Source: an uncultured Collinsella sp.
Lineage (GTDB): Bacteria > Actinomycetota > Coriobacteriia > Coriobacteriales > Coriobacteriaceae
Direction of reading: 5' to 3'
DNA: 64,000 nt
Assembly: GCA_934667065.1 (NCBI GenBank)
Contig: CAKULD010000001.1
Coordinates: 145,105-209,104, forward strand
Below, piece after piece: positions 26,517-35,398 of the stretch; position 1 is the stretch's first letter, and every line of letters starts with the position of its first letter. Both the position numbers and the translations under genes were made by a program. Below the pieces are notes generated by a model. That model was not told the DNA's origin. It did not search any database and saw nothing but the letters and a program-made list of their open reading frames with translations.

Positions 26517-27830
26517 CTAGTTGCGCTTGAGGTGGACGACGGTCTCGCAGTGGAAGGTTTGTGGGAACAGGTCGACCGGTGTGATCTTGACGGGGGAGAA
26601 GGTGCCTTCTTCGACAAAGCGCTTGAGGTCGCGCGCTAGGGTGGCAGGGTCGCAGCTCACGTAGGCGACATCGCGGGCGCTCGTGCTGGCGATAAGGTCG
26701 ATGGCCTCGGGGGCGAGGCCTGCGCGCGGCGGGTCGACCACCAAAACGTCGGCATCCTGATCGGGGAACTCGCGCACCGCGTCGCCGCCAATGACGTCGA
26801 CATTATCGAGCTTGTTGATTTCCAGGTTACGGCGCAGGTCGCGCACGGCGGGGCCATAGGCCTCGACGGCGGTGACAAAATCGCAGCGGCGGGCGAGCGG
26901 CAGGGTAAAGGTGCCGGCGCCGCAGTACAGGTCCACGGCCAGCTCGTCTTCCTGCGGGTCGAGCGCTTCCATGACGAGCTCGATTAAAATCTCGGCGCCC
27001 TTGGTGTTGACCTGGAAGAATGACGGGGCAGACAAGCGCATCTGGCCGTCGGCGATATTCTCGGTCCAGGAGCCCTCGCCGGCGAGCATCTCGACCTTGG
27101 AAACGCGGCGGGCTTTCTTCTCGCCCTTGCTCATCACGCGCACGATGCTCGTGGGATGAGCGGCGTCTGCCAGCACGCGGGAGACCTGCGAGCGCGGGAA
27201 GGAGCCCGTGGGCGTCCATAGCGCCACCTCGAGCGCCTTGGTGCGACGCGAGGCGCGAATACCCACGCGCTCAAGGCCAAGGTCATGGCTGCCGCTCAGA
27301 TAATTGAGTGCGCCGACGACCGATTTGAGTGCCTTGGGAAAGCGTTTGTCGAACAACGGGCACGAATCAACGGTCACGATCTTGCTGGGGTCGACGCCGT
27401 GCATGCCAAGACGCACGCGGCCGTTGACAACGGTCGGCTCGAGCTCGATTTTATTGCGGTAGCCCCAGTCGTCCTTGGTACGACGGATAGGCTGCACCAG
27501 CTCATCGACCTGATCGGGGCTGAACTTGCCGATGCGCTCGAGCGTGGAGCGCAAGTTTTGCTCCTTGGCGGCAAGCTGCGCGGTGCGCGAGAGATTGCCC
27601 CACGAGCAGCCGCCGCAAATACCCACGAAGGGGCAGGGAGGCTGGATGCGATCGGGGCTCGGCTCCAGAATCTCGGTGGTGCGGGCGCGCATAAACGACT
27701 TGCCGTCCTGCACGATCTCGGCCTCGACGGTGTCACCTGCCACGGCGCCCTGGACAAAGACGGCCTTGCCGTTGTCGGCGTGCGCCAGCCCGTCGGCGCC
27801 GTACGTCATCGATTCTATGGTGAGCTTCAT
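26517..27830 (-). CDS. rlmD: 23S rRNA (uracil-C5)-methyltransferase, RlmD/RumA type
   Basis: TRAM-like N-terminus, an Fe-S Cys cluster (CPFVGICGGCSW) and a SAM motif DLYCGAGTF. The start is at MKLTIE. Confidence 0.85.
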   Translation of the reverse strand: MKLTIESMTYGADGLAHADNGKAVFVQGAVAGDTVEAEIVQDGKSFMRARTTEILEPSPDRIQPPCPFVGICGGCSWGNLSRTAQLAAKEQNLRSTLERIGKFSPDQVDELVQPIRRTKDDWGYRNKIELEPTVVNGRVRLGMHGVDPSKIVTVDSCPLFDKRFPKALKSVVGALNYLSGSHDLGLERVGIRASRRTKALEVALWTPTGSFPRSQVSRVLADAAHPTSIVRVMSKGEKKARRVSKVEMLAGEGSWTENIADGQMRLSAPSFFQVNTKGAEILIELVMEALDPQEDELAVDLYCGAGTFTLPLARRCDFVTAVEAYGPAVRDLRRNLEINKLDNVDVIGGDAVREFPDQDADVLVVDPPRAGLAPEAIDLIASTSARDVAYVSCDPATLARDLKRFVEEGTFSPVKITPVDLFPQTFHCETVVHLKRN

Positions 27831-27874
27831 ATTCCTGCCTGTCATTCGCGTTGTTGTCCGCACCATGGTAGCAG

Positions 27875-27920
27875 GGAAAAGCGCCCCGCATCCGAGGCTT
27901 TCCTCAAATGCGGGGCGCTT
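27875..27920 (-). terminator. Intrinsic terminator after ppk1
   Basis: The minus strand forms AAGCGCCCCGCAU-loop-AUGCGGGGCGCUU followed by UUCCC. Confidence 0.75.
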
Positions 27921-27930
27921 CTACAAACGT

Positions 27931-30402
27931 CTATTTGGTCTTGCCGGTAATGAGCGTCTTAAGGCCTAGACCGATCAGGCCCAGACCCATGCGCACGCGA
28001 CCGGGACGATGGCGCTCAATGGCCTGGGTCTTGCCAACGGGCTTCTCACGACGGACGCTCGTCTCGGGCGCGGGCCTAGCGGCCTGCGGCTCGGGCTGAG
28101 GTGCGGGCTCGGGCTCAATGACGGTCGCCTGGACCTTCTGGACCACGGGCGCCGCCGGCTGTGGCTCGGGCTCGGGGACGGTTACAGGCTCCGCTTCAAC
28201 GACGGGCTCTGGTGCGGCCTCGACCATGGATTCCGGTTCCGTGACAAGCTGAGGTTTTGCCGCCGGGGGAGCGGAGACGGCCTCGGCATTACGATAGGCG
28301 CGCTCCAGCAGGGCCTCTTGCGAGTTGAAGGGCTTCTCGCCTTCCTTGCGCTCCACGGGAACCCAGGTGCCGTCGCTTGTCAGGCTGCGGGCCTTCACGT
28401 TGTCGCGCAGCTGCATGCCCATGTACTCGTGCACCAGGGCGCGGCAGGTGGGGTCGAGCACGGGGAAGGCGATCTCCACGCGGTGCTCAGTGTTGCGCGT
28501 CATCATGTCTGCCGAGCTCAGGTAGATCATGTCCGAGTCCACGCCAAAGGCGTAAACGCGGGCGTGCTCCAAAAAGCGCCCGACGATAGAGCGGACGTGT
28601 ACGTTCTCAGTCTTGCCCGGAACGCCGGGCTTGAGGCACGAGATGCCGCGGATGATCATGTCCACGCGGACTCCTGCGCACGATGCCTCGGCGATCTTGT
28701 CGATAACCTCGCGGTCGGTGAGCGAGTTGAGCTTAAAGAACACACGGGCGGGCTCGCCGGCAAGGGCGCGCTGAATCTCGCGATCCAGGCCGCGCATGAT
28801 GAGCGGCTTGAGGCCTACGGGCGCCACGCCCAGGAAGCGGTAATCGCCGCGCAGGTTGCCCAGTGACAGGTTGCGGAAGAACAGGTTGGCGTCCTCACCG
28901 ATGCCGGGATGGGCGGTCATGAGCATAAAGTCGCTGTAGAGCTTGGCCGTCTTTTCGTTAAAGTTGCCGGTGCCCAACAGCGTCAGGCGCGTAAGCGCCA
29001 TGCCCTCGCGATAGGTGAGCTGGCAGATCTTGGAGTGGCATTTAAAGCCCTCAGAGCCGTAGATGACGGTGCAGCCGGCCTCTTCCAGGCGCTCGGCCCA
29101 CTCGATGTTGTTCTGCTCGTCGAAGCGGGCGCGGAGCTCCATAAGCACCGTGACCTCTTTGCCGTTCTCGGCGGCGTCGATGAGCGACTCGCACAGGCGG
29201 CTCTGCTTGGCCACGCGGTAGAGCGTGATGCGCAACGAGATGCACTCGGGGTCGTAGGCTGCCTCGTGAACCAGGTCCAAGAACGGGTTCATGGCCTCAT
29301 AGGGATAAAAGAGCAGCTTGTCGTGCTGCAGCACCTGTTCGCGGATGGAGCGGTTCATGTCGATGGTGGGATTGGGCTGCGGCTTAAACGGCGTAAAGAG
29401 CAGCTCGTTGCGCAGGTGCTCGGGAATCTTGCCCTCAATGCCAAAGACATAGCCCAGGTTGAGTGGAATATCGCAGGTAAAGACCGAGCGGCGCGAAAGC
29501 TCGAGTGCCTTGCGGATGGTCTTGAGCGTTTGCTTCTCGAGCGAGCCCGAGACGGCGAGTACTACCGGCTGCAGGCGCAGGCGCTTCTTGAGGATGCGCT
29601 TCATGTGCTGGCGGTAGTCCTCTTCCTCCTCGACGCCCTCGCCGTCCGGATCGATGTCGGCGTTGCGGGTGACGCGGATGAGCGCGCGATCGAGCGGCTT
29701 ATAGGAGCCAAAGCAACTGTCCAGACAGGCGAGGATGACGTCCTCGAGCAGGATGTAGGAGTAGGTGCCGGTGGGCGAGGGGATCTCAACCACGCGGTTC
29801 ATCGAGGCGGGAATCTCGATGAGGCCCAGCAGACTTTCCTCGTCGGTGACGCCGTCCAGGCCGCAAGCCAGGTGGAGTGCACCGTTGCGCAAGTTGGGGA
29901 AGGGGTGGCGCGGGTCGATGACCAACGGCGAGATGACCGGCGACACGTAGGCCTGGAAGTAGCGGGTGACAAAGGTGCGCTCCTCGGGCGTAAGCGAATC
30001 GACGCGCGCGCGGTGGACACCCAGGGCGTCGAGCTTGCCCTCGATGCTCTTGAAAATGGACTCCCAGCGGTCGAGGAGCCCGGGCAGCTCCGCCACGACG
30101 GCTTCGACCTGTTCAGAGGCAGTCATATTGCTCTTGTTGTCCACGGGTTGCTTTTTGAGCTCGGCCAGGTCAGACAGGCCGCCTACGCGGACCATAAGGA
30201 ACTCGTCGAGGTTGGACTCGAAGATCGAGACGAACTTTAGGCGCTCGAACAGCGGCACGGACTCATCGAAAGCCTCATCGAGCACGCGGTTGTCAAAGCG
30301 TAGCCAGCTGAGCTCTCGATTCTGCGTGTACGAGAAGTCGCGCGGCGGCTTGCGCAGCTTTGCGGCGGCTTGCTTCTTTTCGATTTTGCTCGGCATATGC
30401 AT
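27931..30402 (-). CDS. ppk1: Polyphosphate kinase 1 with a ~120-aa Pro/Glu-rich C-terminal extension
   Basis: PPK1 N, H, C1 and C2 blocks (SNLDEFLMVRV, GFKCHSKICQ, RFLEHARV). The tail is PEPVVEAEPVTVPEPEPQP...RVRMGLGLIGLGLKTLITGKTK. The start is at MHMPSK. Confidence 0.9.
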   Translation of the reverse strand: MHMPSKIEKKQAAAKLRKPPRDFSYTQNRELSWLRFDNRVLDEAFDESVPLFERLKFVSIFESNLDEFLMVRVGGLSDLAELKKQPVDNKSNMTASEQVEAVVAELPGLLDRWESIFKSIEGKLDALGVHRARVDSLTPEERTFVTRYFQAYVSPVISPLVIDPRHPFPNLRNGALHLACGLDGVTDEESLLGLIEIPASMNRVVEIPSPTGTYSYILLEDVILACLDSCFGSYKPLDRALIRVTRNADIDPDGEGVEEEEDYRQHMKRILKKRLRLQPVVLAVSGSLEKQTLKTIRKALELSRRSVFTCDIPLNLGYVFGIEGKIPEHLRNELLFTPFKPQPNPTIDMNRSIREQVLQHDKLLFYPYEAMNPFLDLVHEAAYDPECISLRITLYRVAKQSRLCESLIDAAENGKEVTVLMELRARFDEQNNIEWAERLEEAGCTVIYGSEGFKCHSKICQLTYREGMALTRLTLLGTGNFNEKTAKLYSDFMLMTAHPGIGEDANLFFRNLSLGNLRGDYRFLGVAPVGLKPLIMRGLDREIQRALAGEPARVFFKLNSLTDREVIDKIAEASCAGVRVDMIIRGISCLKPGVPGKTENVHVRSIVGRFLEHARVYAFGVDSDMIYLSSADMMTRNTEHRVEIAFPVLDPTCRALVHEYMGMQLRDNVKARSLTSDGTWVPVERKEGEKPFNSQEALLERAYRNAEAVSAPPAAKPQLVTEPESMVEAAPEPVVEAEPVTVPEPEPQPAAPVVQKVQATVIEPEPAPQPEPQAARPAPETSVRREKPVGKTQAIERHRPGRVRMGLGLIGLGLKTLITGKTK

Positions 30403-30593
30403 CTGTCCGTTCAGTCCCCACAGGGGACGGTAGCCTAACACTATTCACTATTGTCTCAATTTAGTCGACTTGTGGCACGGATGTATCGCGTGAACGGTAT
30501 CTTTACCTACTTCTTACGCTGTCAAGGCATGTAGCTAACTGCCCGCCTTGTTTTGAAGGCAATTGATATCCACACTCAACTGGTGAGGATATA

Positions 30594-30632
30594 TGAATAA
30601 GAATGATTGCAAGCTGAATATTATCGAATCCA
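30594..30632 (+). promoter_or_regulatory. Tandem ARG-box-like 18-mers upstream of arcA copy 1
   Basis: TGAATAAGAATGATTGCA, then agc, then TGAATATTATCGAATCCA. The TGAAT starts are exactly 21 nt apart. The same spacing occurs upstream of copy 2. Confidence 0.4.
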
Positions 30633-30919
30633 AATCGAATCGTGGACAAACGTCATATATATGCAGAAAATCGTTTTAGCTATGCAATTCCTAAACATGA
30701 AAATATTTGTGTGATCTAGCTTAATTCCTCAGAAAAAAGAACGTTTACCTTTGAAAACCTGCTTTAGAGAACCGAAGTGCATCATGGGGGAATCATATGC
30801 GATATACCGTTCATCGCACTTTGTTGACCGTTCGGGGGCGAGGTGGAATTGCGGGTGGTTTTTGGATATAACTAGAGCTGTCAGCAAGCAGCGTCCCATA
30901 CGGAGGGGCGCTGATACAT

Positions 30920-32200
30920 TCGGCCCCGACAAGGGCCCGAAAGAAAGGTAGGAGGCCATGACGAAAGGTCTGCACGTGCCTTCCGAGATCGGCAAGCTCA
31001 GGAAGGTCTGCCTGCACCGTCCCGGCGACGAGCTCCTCAACCTGCCGCCCGACGAGCTCGAGCGACTCCTGTTCGACGACGTCCCGTTCCTGGAGGTCGC
31101 ACAGCAGGAGCACGACACCTTCGCCCAGATCCTGAGGGACCAGGGCGTCGAGGTCCTCTATCTCGAGAACCTCGTCGCGGAGGTGTTCGACCAGGTCCCC
31201 GGCGCCCGCGCCGAGTTCACCGACCAGTACATCGCCGAGGCAGGCATCCGCGGCCAGCACATGCCGCAGATCGTCCGCGAGAAGCTGGACTCCATCGAGG
31301 ACAACCTCGAGTTCGTCAAGAAGACCATGGCCGGCATGACCAAGTCCGAGATCGAGATGCCCCTCACGGCCTCCACGACCCTCGACTCCCTGGTCAACTC
31401 CGAGTCCGAGTCCGACCTGATCATCGACCCGATGCCCAACCTCTACTTCACCCGCGACCCGTTCGCGGTCGTCGGCGAGGGCGTCAACCTCAACCGCATG
31501 TACTCGGTCACCCGCAACCGCGAGACCCTGTACGGCAAGTACATCTTCAAGTACCACCCCGACTACAAGGACGTCTCGCTGTACTTCCGCCGCGACTGCC
31601 AGTTCCACACCGAGGGCGGCGACGTGCTGAACATCAACGAGAAGACCCTCGCCGTCGGCATCTCCCAGCGCACCCAGGCAGCGGCGATCGACGTCATGGC
31701 CCAGAACATCTTCTGGAACTCCGACTCCAAGGTCGAGCGCATCCTGGCCTTCGACATCCCGGTCTCGCGCGCCTTCATGCACCTCGACACGGTCTTCACC
31801 CAGATCGACGTCGATAAGTTCACGATCCACCCCGCCATCATGGGCACCCTGCGCGTCTACGAGCTGACCGCCGGCAAGAACCCGGGCGACGTGAACATCC
31901 GCCTGATCGAGGACACCCTCGAGCACGTCCTGGAGGACGCCACCGGCGTCGACCAGGTCAAGCTGATCCCCTGCGGCGGCGGCGACCCGATCGCGGCCTC
32001 CCGCGAGCAGTGGAACGACGGCTCCAACACCCTGTGCGTCGAGCCCGGCAAGATCTGCGTCTACGCCCGCAACACCGTCACCAACGACGTGCTGTACAAG
32101 GAGGGCCTGGACCTTCTCGTCGTGCCCTCCGCCGAGCTCTCCCGCGGCCGCGGCGGCCCGCGCTGCATGAGCATGCCCTTCTGGCGCGAGGACCTCTAAG
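30920..32200 (+). repeat. Perfect direct repeat, copy 1 (arcA CDS plus 38 nt of 5' UTR)
   Basis: By eye it is identical to 34009-35289 (offset 3089). All six-frame ORF translations in the two intervals are identical. Confidence 0.9.
30958..32199 (+). CDS. arcA: Arginine deiminase, copy 1
   Basis: 413 aa with ADI signatures (LRKVCLHRPGDEL, NLYFTRDP, FHTEGGDV, GGPRCMSMP) and an AGGAGG SD. Confidence 0.95.
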   Translation: MTKGLHVPSEIGKLRKVCLHRPGDELLNLPPDELERLLFDDVPFLEVAQQEHDTFAQILRDQGVEVLYLENLVAEVFDQVPGARAEFTDQYIAEAGIRGQHMPQIVREKLDSIEDNLEFVKKTMAGMTKSEIEMPLTASTTLDSLVNSESESDLIIDPMPNLYFTRDPFAVVGEGVNLNRMYSVTRNRETLYGKYIFKYHPDYKDVSLYFRRDCQFHTEGGDVLNINEKTLAVGISQRTQAAAIDVMAQNIFWNSDSKVERILAFDIPVSRAFMHLDTVFTQIDVDKFTIHPAIMGTLRVYELTAGKNPGDVNIRLIEDTLEHVLEDATGVDQVKLIPCGGGDPIAASREQWNDGSNTLCVEPGKICVYARNTVTNDVLYKEGLDLLVVPSAELSRGRGGPRCMSMPFWREDL

Positions 32201-32348
32201 GTTTTCAAAGACCCGTACAGGTCTTAAACACACATCTAGCTGCCATTAGATGTCTCCCATTGGGGCGGTGCGCTCTTGCGTGCTGCCCCAAATTTGTATG
32301 AGGAACGACAGCACTATGTGAATGGCCGCTTTTGTCAGGAGTCTAGCC

Positions 32349-33473
32349 ATGGATATCAAGACAATCGGCGTTGAGGAGTGGCTTAACGTTTGGGAGAAGA
32401 GCGCTACGTGGGATATCGCCCAGTCGACGATTTCGTCGCTCACCATGGGCGAGCTACGCGCACTTGACGAGCAGGACGGCGCCACGTTCTACGAGCGCCT
32501 GGACCGCGAGAAGATGAACTACGGCTGGATCGAGGGTTCGCCCGACTTTAAGGCCGAGGTCGCCAAGCTCTACCGTCGCGAGGTCAACCCCGACCACATC
32601 CTGCAGACCAACGGCTGCACGGGCGCCAACCTCAACGCCATCATGGCCGTCGTCGAGCCCGGCGACCATGTTATCGCCGAGTGGCCCACCTATGCGCCGC
32701 TCTACGAGATTCCGCGCACGCTTGGCGCCGAGGTCGAGTACTGGGAGCTTCGCGAGGAGCTCGGCTGGAAGCCCGATATCGAGGAGCTCAAGCGCCTGGT
32801 GCGCCCCAATACCAAGCTCATCTGCATCAACAACGCATCGAACCCCATCGGTACGGTGCTCGATGCCGATACGCTCGGTCAGATTGCCGAGGTCGCCCGC
32901 TCGGTGGGCGCCTACGTGCTCTGCGACGAGGTGTACCTGCCGCTCGAGAACACCGAGTCCTTCATGTCGATGGCCGATGTGTACGAGAAGGCCATCGTCA
33001 CCAATTCGGTATCCAAGACCTATTCGACGCCTGCGGCCCGCGTGGGCTGGGTCGTGGCCGACGAAGAGGTGTCTAATCGCATCCGCACCTATCGCGACTA
33101 CACCATGATCTGCGGCGGCGTGTTCAACGATGCCCTGGCGACCTATGTGCTCGAGCACAAGGACAAAATCCTGGAGCGCAACCGCAAGATCGTGTTTGGC
33201 AACCGCGATATCACGCAGGCCTGGATCGACACGCAGCATCGCGTTTCCTGGACGGCCCCGCAGGGCGTGTCCACCTCGTTTATCCAGCTGGATATTCCCG
33301 AGGACGACGAGGAGTTCTGCAAGCGCCTGCTGGCCGAGAGGGGAGTGCTGCTGGTTCCCGGCAGCCGCTTTGAGCTTCCCTGCGGCGCGCGCTTGGGTTA
33401 CTGCGCGAGCGAGGATGTTCTTCGCGAAGGCCTGAGGCTTTTGGTCGAGGCGCTGGCCGAGTTCGATCGCTAG
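32349..33473 (+). CDS. Class I/II PLP-dependent aminotransferase (arcT-like position)
   Basis: It has NNASNPIG and the PLP-Lys context NSVSKTYS..RVGW. An AGGAG SD precedes the ATG at 32349. Confidence 0.85.
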   Translation: MDIKTIGVEEWLNVWEKSATWDIAQSTISSLTMGELRALDEQDGATFYERLDREKMNYGWIEGSPDFKAEVAKLYRREVNPDHILQTNGCTGANLNAIMAVVEPGDHVIAEWPTYAPLYEIPRTLGAEVEYWELREELGWKPDIEELKRLVRPNTKLICINNASNPIGTVLDADTLGQIAEVARSVGAYVLCDEVYLPLENTESFMSMADVYEKAIVTNSVSKTYSTPAARVGWVVADEEVSNRIRTYRDYTMICGGVFNDALATYVLEHKDKILERNRKIVFGNRDITQAWIDTQHRVSWTAPQGVSTSFIQLDIPEDDEEFCKRLLAERGVLLVPGSRFELPCGARLGYCASEDVLREGLRLLVEALAEFDR

Positions 33474-33520
33474 GTTTCCGACATCCTTCGAAAGCCGTTC
33501 ATAACTGCCTACGATTATCG

Positions 33521-33561
33521 AAAACAGGCCCGTTCCCCACGAGGGGAGCGGGCCTGTTTTT
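33521..33561 (+). terminator. Strong (bidirectional-type) intrinsic terminator after the aminotransferase
   Basis: AAAACAGGCCCGTTCCCC-ACGA-GGGGAGCGGGCCTGTTTTT. Confidence 0.85.
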
Positions 33562-33686
33562 CTATACCGAGAAGTCAAGTTGTTACAAATGGAGCCGTAG
33601 GACAAGCGAGTATCCGCTGGGCCTTATACTGAGCTTCCGGTGAACGGTACCAAGCGTCTGGTAAACGGTAATTTGTTTACTAGAAA

Positions 33687-33725
33687 TGAATAGGACAAAC
33701 TTTTTTCTGAATAAAAATGAAAATG
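33687..33725 (+). promoter_or_regulatory. Tandem ARG-box-like 18-mers upstream of arcA copy 2
   Basis: TGAATAGGACAAACTTTT, then ttc, then TGAATAAAAATGAAAATG, with 21-nt phasing. The second box is close to the AhrC/ArgR consensus CATGAATAAAAATKCAAK (from memory). Confidence 0.45.
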
Positions 33726-34008
33726 GTTGAGACGCGGTGTGAATCGCTAATTCTATTCATAGCTTTATTGGAAATATGCAATTTGAGGGTGGTTTATCAA
33801 AGATTCGTTCCATTCGATATTTGGATTGAAAACACGTTTAAGCACGTAAATACACTTTATTATGACGAAGTGTGCCATGCGTGAAGTATATGTGTATGCC
33901 GTTCACCCCCTATAAAAAACCGTTCGGGGGCAAGGTGGAAGTATGAGCTGATTTTGGATATAAATATGTCGTCAGCAATAACGCCTCACACGGAGGGGCG
34001 CTAACGAA

Positions 34009-35289
34009 TCGGCCCCGACAAGGGCCCGAAAGAAAGGTAGGAGGCCATGACGAAAGGTCTGCACGTGCCTTCCGAGATCGGCAAGCTCAGGAAGGTCTGC
34101 CTGCACCGTCCCGGCGACGAGCTCCTCAACCTGCCGCCCGACGAGCTCGAGCGACTCCTGTTCGACGACGTCCCGTTCCTGGAGGTCGCACAGCAGGAGC
34201 ACGACACCTTCGCCCAGATCCTGAGGGACCAGGGCGTCGAGGTCCTCTATCTCGAGAACCTCGTCGCGGAGGTGTTCGACCAGGTCCCCGGCGCCCGCGC
34301 CGAGTTCACCGACCAGTACATCGCCGAGGCAGGCATCCGCGGCCAGCACATGCCGCAGATCGTCCGCGAGAAGCTGGACTCCATCGAGGACAACCTCGAG
34401 TTCGTCAAGAAGACCATGGCCGGCATGACCAAGTCCGAGATCGAGATGCCCCTCACGGCCTCCACGACCCTCGACTCCCTGGTCAACTCCGAGTCCGAGT
34501 CCGACCTGATCATCGACCCGATGCCCAACCTCTACTTCACCCGCGACCCGTTCGCGGTCGTCGGCGAGGGCGTCAACCTCAACCGCATGTACTCGGTCAC
34601 CCGCAACCGCGAGACCCTGTACGGCAAGTACATCTTCAAGTACCACCCCGACTACAAGGACGTCTCGCTGTACTTCCGCCGCGACTGCCAGTTCCACACC
34701 GAGGGCGGCGACGTGCTGAACATCAACGAGAAGACCCTCGCCGTCGGCATCTCCCAGCGCACCCAGGCAGCGGCGATCGACGTCATGGCCCAGAACATCT
34801 TCTGGAACTCCGACTCCAAGGTCGAGCGCATCCTGGCCTTCGACATCCCGGTCTCGCGCGCCTTCATGCACCTCGACACGGTCTTCACCCAGATCGACGT
34901 CGATAAGTTCACGATCCACCCCGCCATCATGGGCACCCTGCGCGTCTACGAGCTGACCGCCGGCAAGAACCCGGGCGACGTGAACATCCGCCTGATCGAG
35001 GACACCCTCGAGCACGTCCTGGAGGACGCCACCGGCGTCGACCAGGTCAAGCTGATCCCCTGCGGCGGCGGCGACCCGATCGCGGCCTCCCGCGAGCAGT
35101 GGAACGACGGCTCCAACACCCTGTGCGTCGAGCCCGGCAAGATCTGCGTCTACGCCCGCAACACCGTCACCAACGACGTGCTGTACAAGGAGGGCCTGGA
35201 CCTTCTCGTCGTGCCCTCCGCCGAGCTCTCCCGCGGCCGCGGCGGCCCGCGCTGCATGAGCATGCCCTTCTGGCGCGAGGACCTCTAAG
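34009..35289 (+). repeat. Perfect direct repeat, copy 2
   Basis: See 30920-32200. Identity stops 1 nt after the TAA and about 38 nt upstream of the ATG. Confidence 0.9.
34047..35288 (+). CDS. arcA: Arginine deiminase, copy 2
   Basis: Its protein is identical to that of 30958-32199. Confidence 0.95.
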   Translation: MTKGLHVPSEIGKLRKVCLHRPGDELLNLPPDELERLLFDDVPFLEVAQQEHDTFAQILRDQGVEVLYLENLVAEVFDQVPGARAEFTDQYIAEAGIRGQHMPQIVREKLDSIEDNLEFVKKTMAGMTKSEIEMPLTASTTLDSLVNSESESDLIIDPMPNLYFTRDPFAVVGEGVNLNRMYSVTRNRETLYGKYIFKYHPDYKDVSLYFRRDCQFHTEGGDVLNINEKTLAVGISQRTQAAAIDVMAQNIFWNSDSKVERILAFDIPVSRAFMHLDTVFTQIDVDKFTIHPAIMGTLRVYELTAGKNPGDVNIRLIEDTLEHVLEDATGVDQVKLIPCGGGDPIAASREQWNDGSNTLCVEPGKICVYARNTVTNDVLYKEGLDLLVVPSAELSRGRGGPRCMSMPFWREDL

Positions 35290-35398
35290 TCTTTCCGTTT
35301 CCGGTGCGGTCCCCCCTACAACCGCACCGGTTTCGCCCGTCAAACGGGCACCGCTTCTACTTTATTAAGTAATTCATTTCTTCGAAAGGAAACGAACC

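Noticed and set aside
30593-30679. 28-codon ORF (MNKNDCKLNIIESKSNRGQTSYICRKSF) in the AT-rich region upstream of arcA copy 1.
   Set aside because: The SD spacing is poor (3 nt). The ORF is not preserved in the homologous region upstream of arcA copy 2, where it is cut to 14 codons. It overlaps the ARG-box-like sites, which explain the conserved TGAAT motifs better.
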